A stretch of 56,159 bases of DNA, filler included, from Perkinsus olseni (Eukaryota), in the NCBI GenBank assembly GCA_013115125.1. It is 3 parts of 3 records of this genome, joined end to end, with 100 filler letters (N's around TTAATTAATTAA, not from the genome) between each part and the next. Parts side by side here need not be neighbours in the genome. Positions count along the whole stretch, not along the records: positions 37,703 to 56,159 come from JABANN010000614.1; 2 more parts are not named here. The stretch is one strand, 5' to 3'. Position 1 is the first letter of the stretch, and every line of letters starts with the position of its first letter. A program made the translations under genes and the position numbers. Under the pieces are notes generated by a model, which worked only from the letters and a program-made list of their open reading frames with translations, made no database searches and was not told where the DNA came from. This document shows positions 54,917-56,159 of this stretch, piece by piece.

Positions 54917-56159
54917 TCTCTCGCTCTCATCAAGAGGGAGTGCTTCTTCGGGAGGGCCTTCGTATCCAGATTAATGATAGTCTCCGTCATACTGTGGCGG
55001 AGAGAGGCTTTCAGCTCGCCGGTGCTCATGGAAGAAAAGATTATGAATTTTTTAAAGAAACAGGAACCCCGCTTTTATCGAACCGATGAAGTGAATGATT
55101 ACACGTTATTCACTGTGCTCCAACCGTGATGGCCTTTGACTGTGAATCTCCCGGGCCGGAAGTTCCGGCGAAGCTATTTTTGCACTTCTCTGTTCATATC
55201 CGGAAATTCTTCCCATTGTCCTCGTCCTATATTTTCCTATGCCTTCGCATGCTCTAGTGAGATCGGTCCGATGTAATTGCTTGGTACCCTGCTGTCAGCT
55301 CAACACATTGTCGAGTTAGTCGTGTGGCGGGCATACTGTATGCGGGTAGTTCTATTCAAGGGTTGCTCTGAGTAAGAACCTCTGACTACGGTAGGGCTCA
55401 TTTCAGCAAGGCCATGCACTGAACTGAGCTGCCGCTAGCATTCCAATTGTGATGCTATTAAAGGCGTCACATCTTTTAGTACTAGGGATGGGTGGCAATG
55501 GTGGAGTCACAGATCATCTTCCTTGGAGGAACTCGTGCCCTCAGTTGGTCCAGAGTCGTGTTACGAGTTCCTCCTCCAGTGTTGAAGAGATGAATGGATG
55601 CTGGCGAGGTGAACTCTGGAGAGGAACTTCTGAGGTTCACGGCTCAAGGATCCGGAATATTTCTGTTTGGACGTAGGTCGAGGCCGTGAAGGTATTTTGA
55701 ATATGGCATTCGCTCGTTTGTGATGACCCTGATAATAGCCTTTTTCGGTTTGGATCGCTGCGGTGACTCGCGGCCAGAAGCTCGTCACGGGCTCATCATT
55801 GGTCATACTAAGGGAAATGCGGACTTGCATATGTGCGCGTCAGCGCCAATAGGAATCAGGCTCGAATATTCATTGCGGTGTCACCGCAACGTGAGGGTCG
55901 GGTGGTCGTCGCATTGTTCCCGTAGTGATCGTATGATTCACTCGGATATTCCACGACTCGGACAGCCCAATCACCTGACGTCTGAGGTAATCTAAGATAT
56001 CGTAGCCATCCTGGCAGAGTACCTCGTAACACTGGTAGCCTCAGATACTGTGTGTGCCATTTTGATATGCAAATCGCCAAAATTGATGTAATGATTTTGT
56101 TGATTTTGATCTGGTTATGGTCACGTATTCCAGTGAGCCGATTATATTATGATACGATC

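Overview
Eukaryotic, intron-rich genomic DNA with short GT-AG introns. The gene families (intronless aspartic protease, S10 carboxypeptidase, Cys-rich secreted proteins, phosphonopyruvate decarboxylase) suggest a Perkinsus-type alveolate; this is inference. The window contains two N-gaps with an artificial TTAATTAATTAA linker (18766-18865, 37603-37702) and one plain N-gap, so adjacency across them is not guaranteed. Recognisable genes: a 12-exon phosphonopyruvate decarboxylase, an RluA/RPUSD2-type pseudouridine synthase, an aspartic protease, exportin-1 (CRM1), a serine carboxypeptidase and several lineage-specific hypothetical genes. Mobile DNA: a young full-length LTR retrotransposon (194-bp LTRs with 1 mismatch, GTAC TSD, tRNA-type PBS) nested in an older decayed element, MULE and hAT transposase relics, and a MITE. 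RNA genes: a 144-bp-period tRNA-Lys array with two TTC-anticodon variants, and a tRNA-Arg cluster. The most unusual observations are three short introns of the phosphonate gene that each carry a different tRNA 3' fragment, a duplicated stem-conserved hairpin module at 20.2-20.5 kb, and a single in-frame amber codon in a gag-pol frame that starts inside the LTR.
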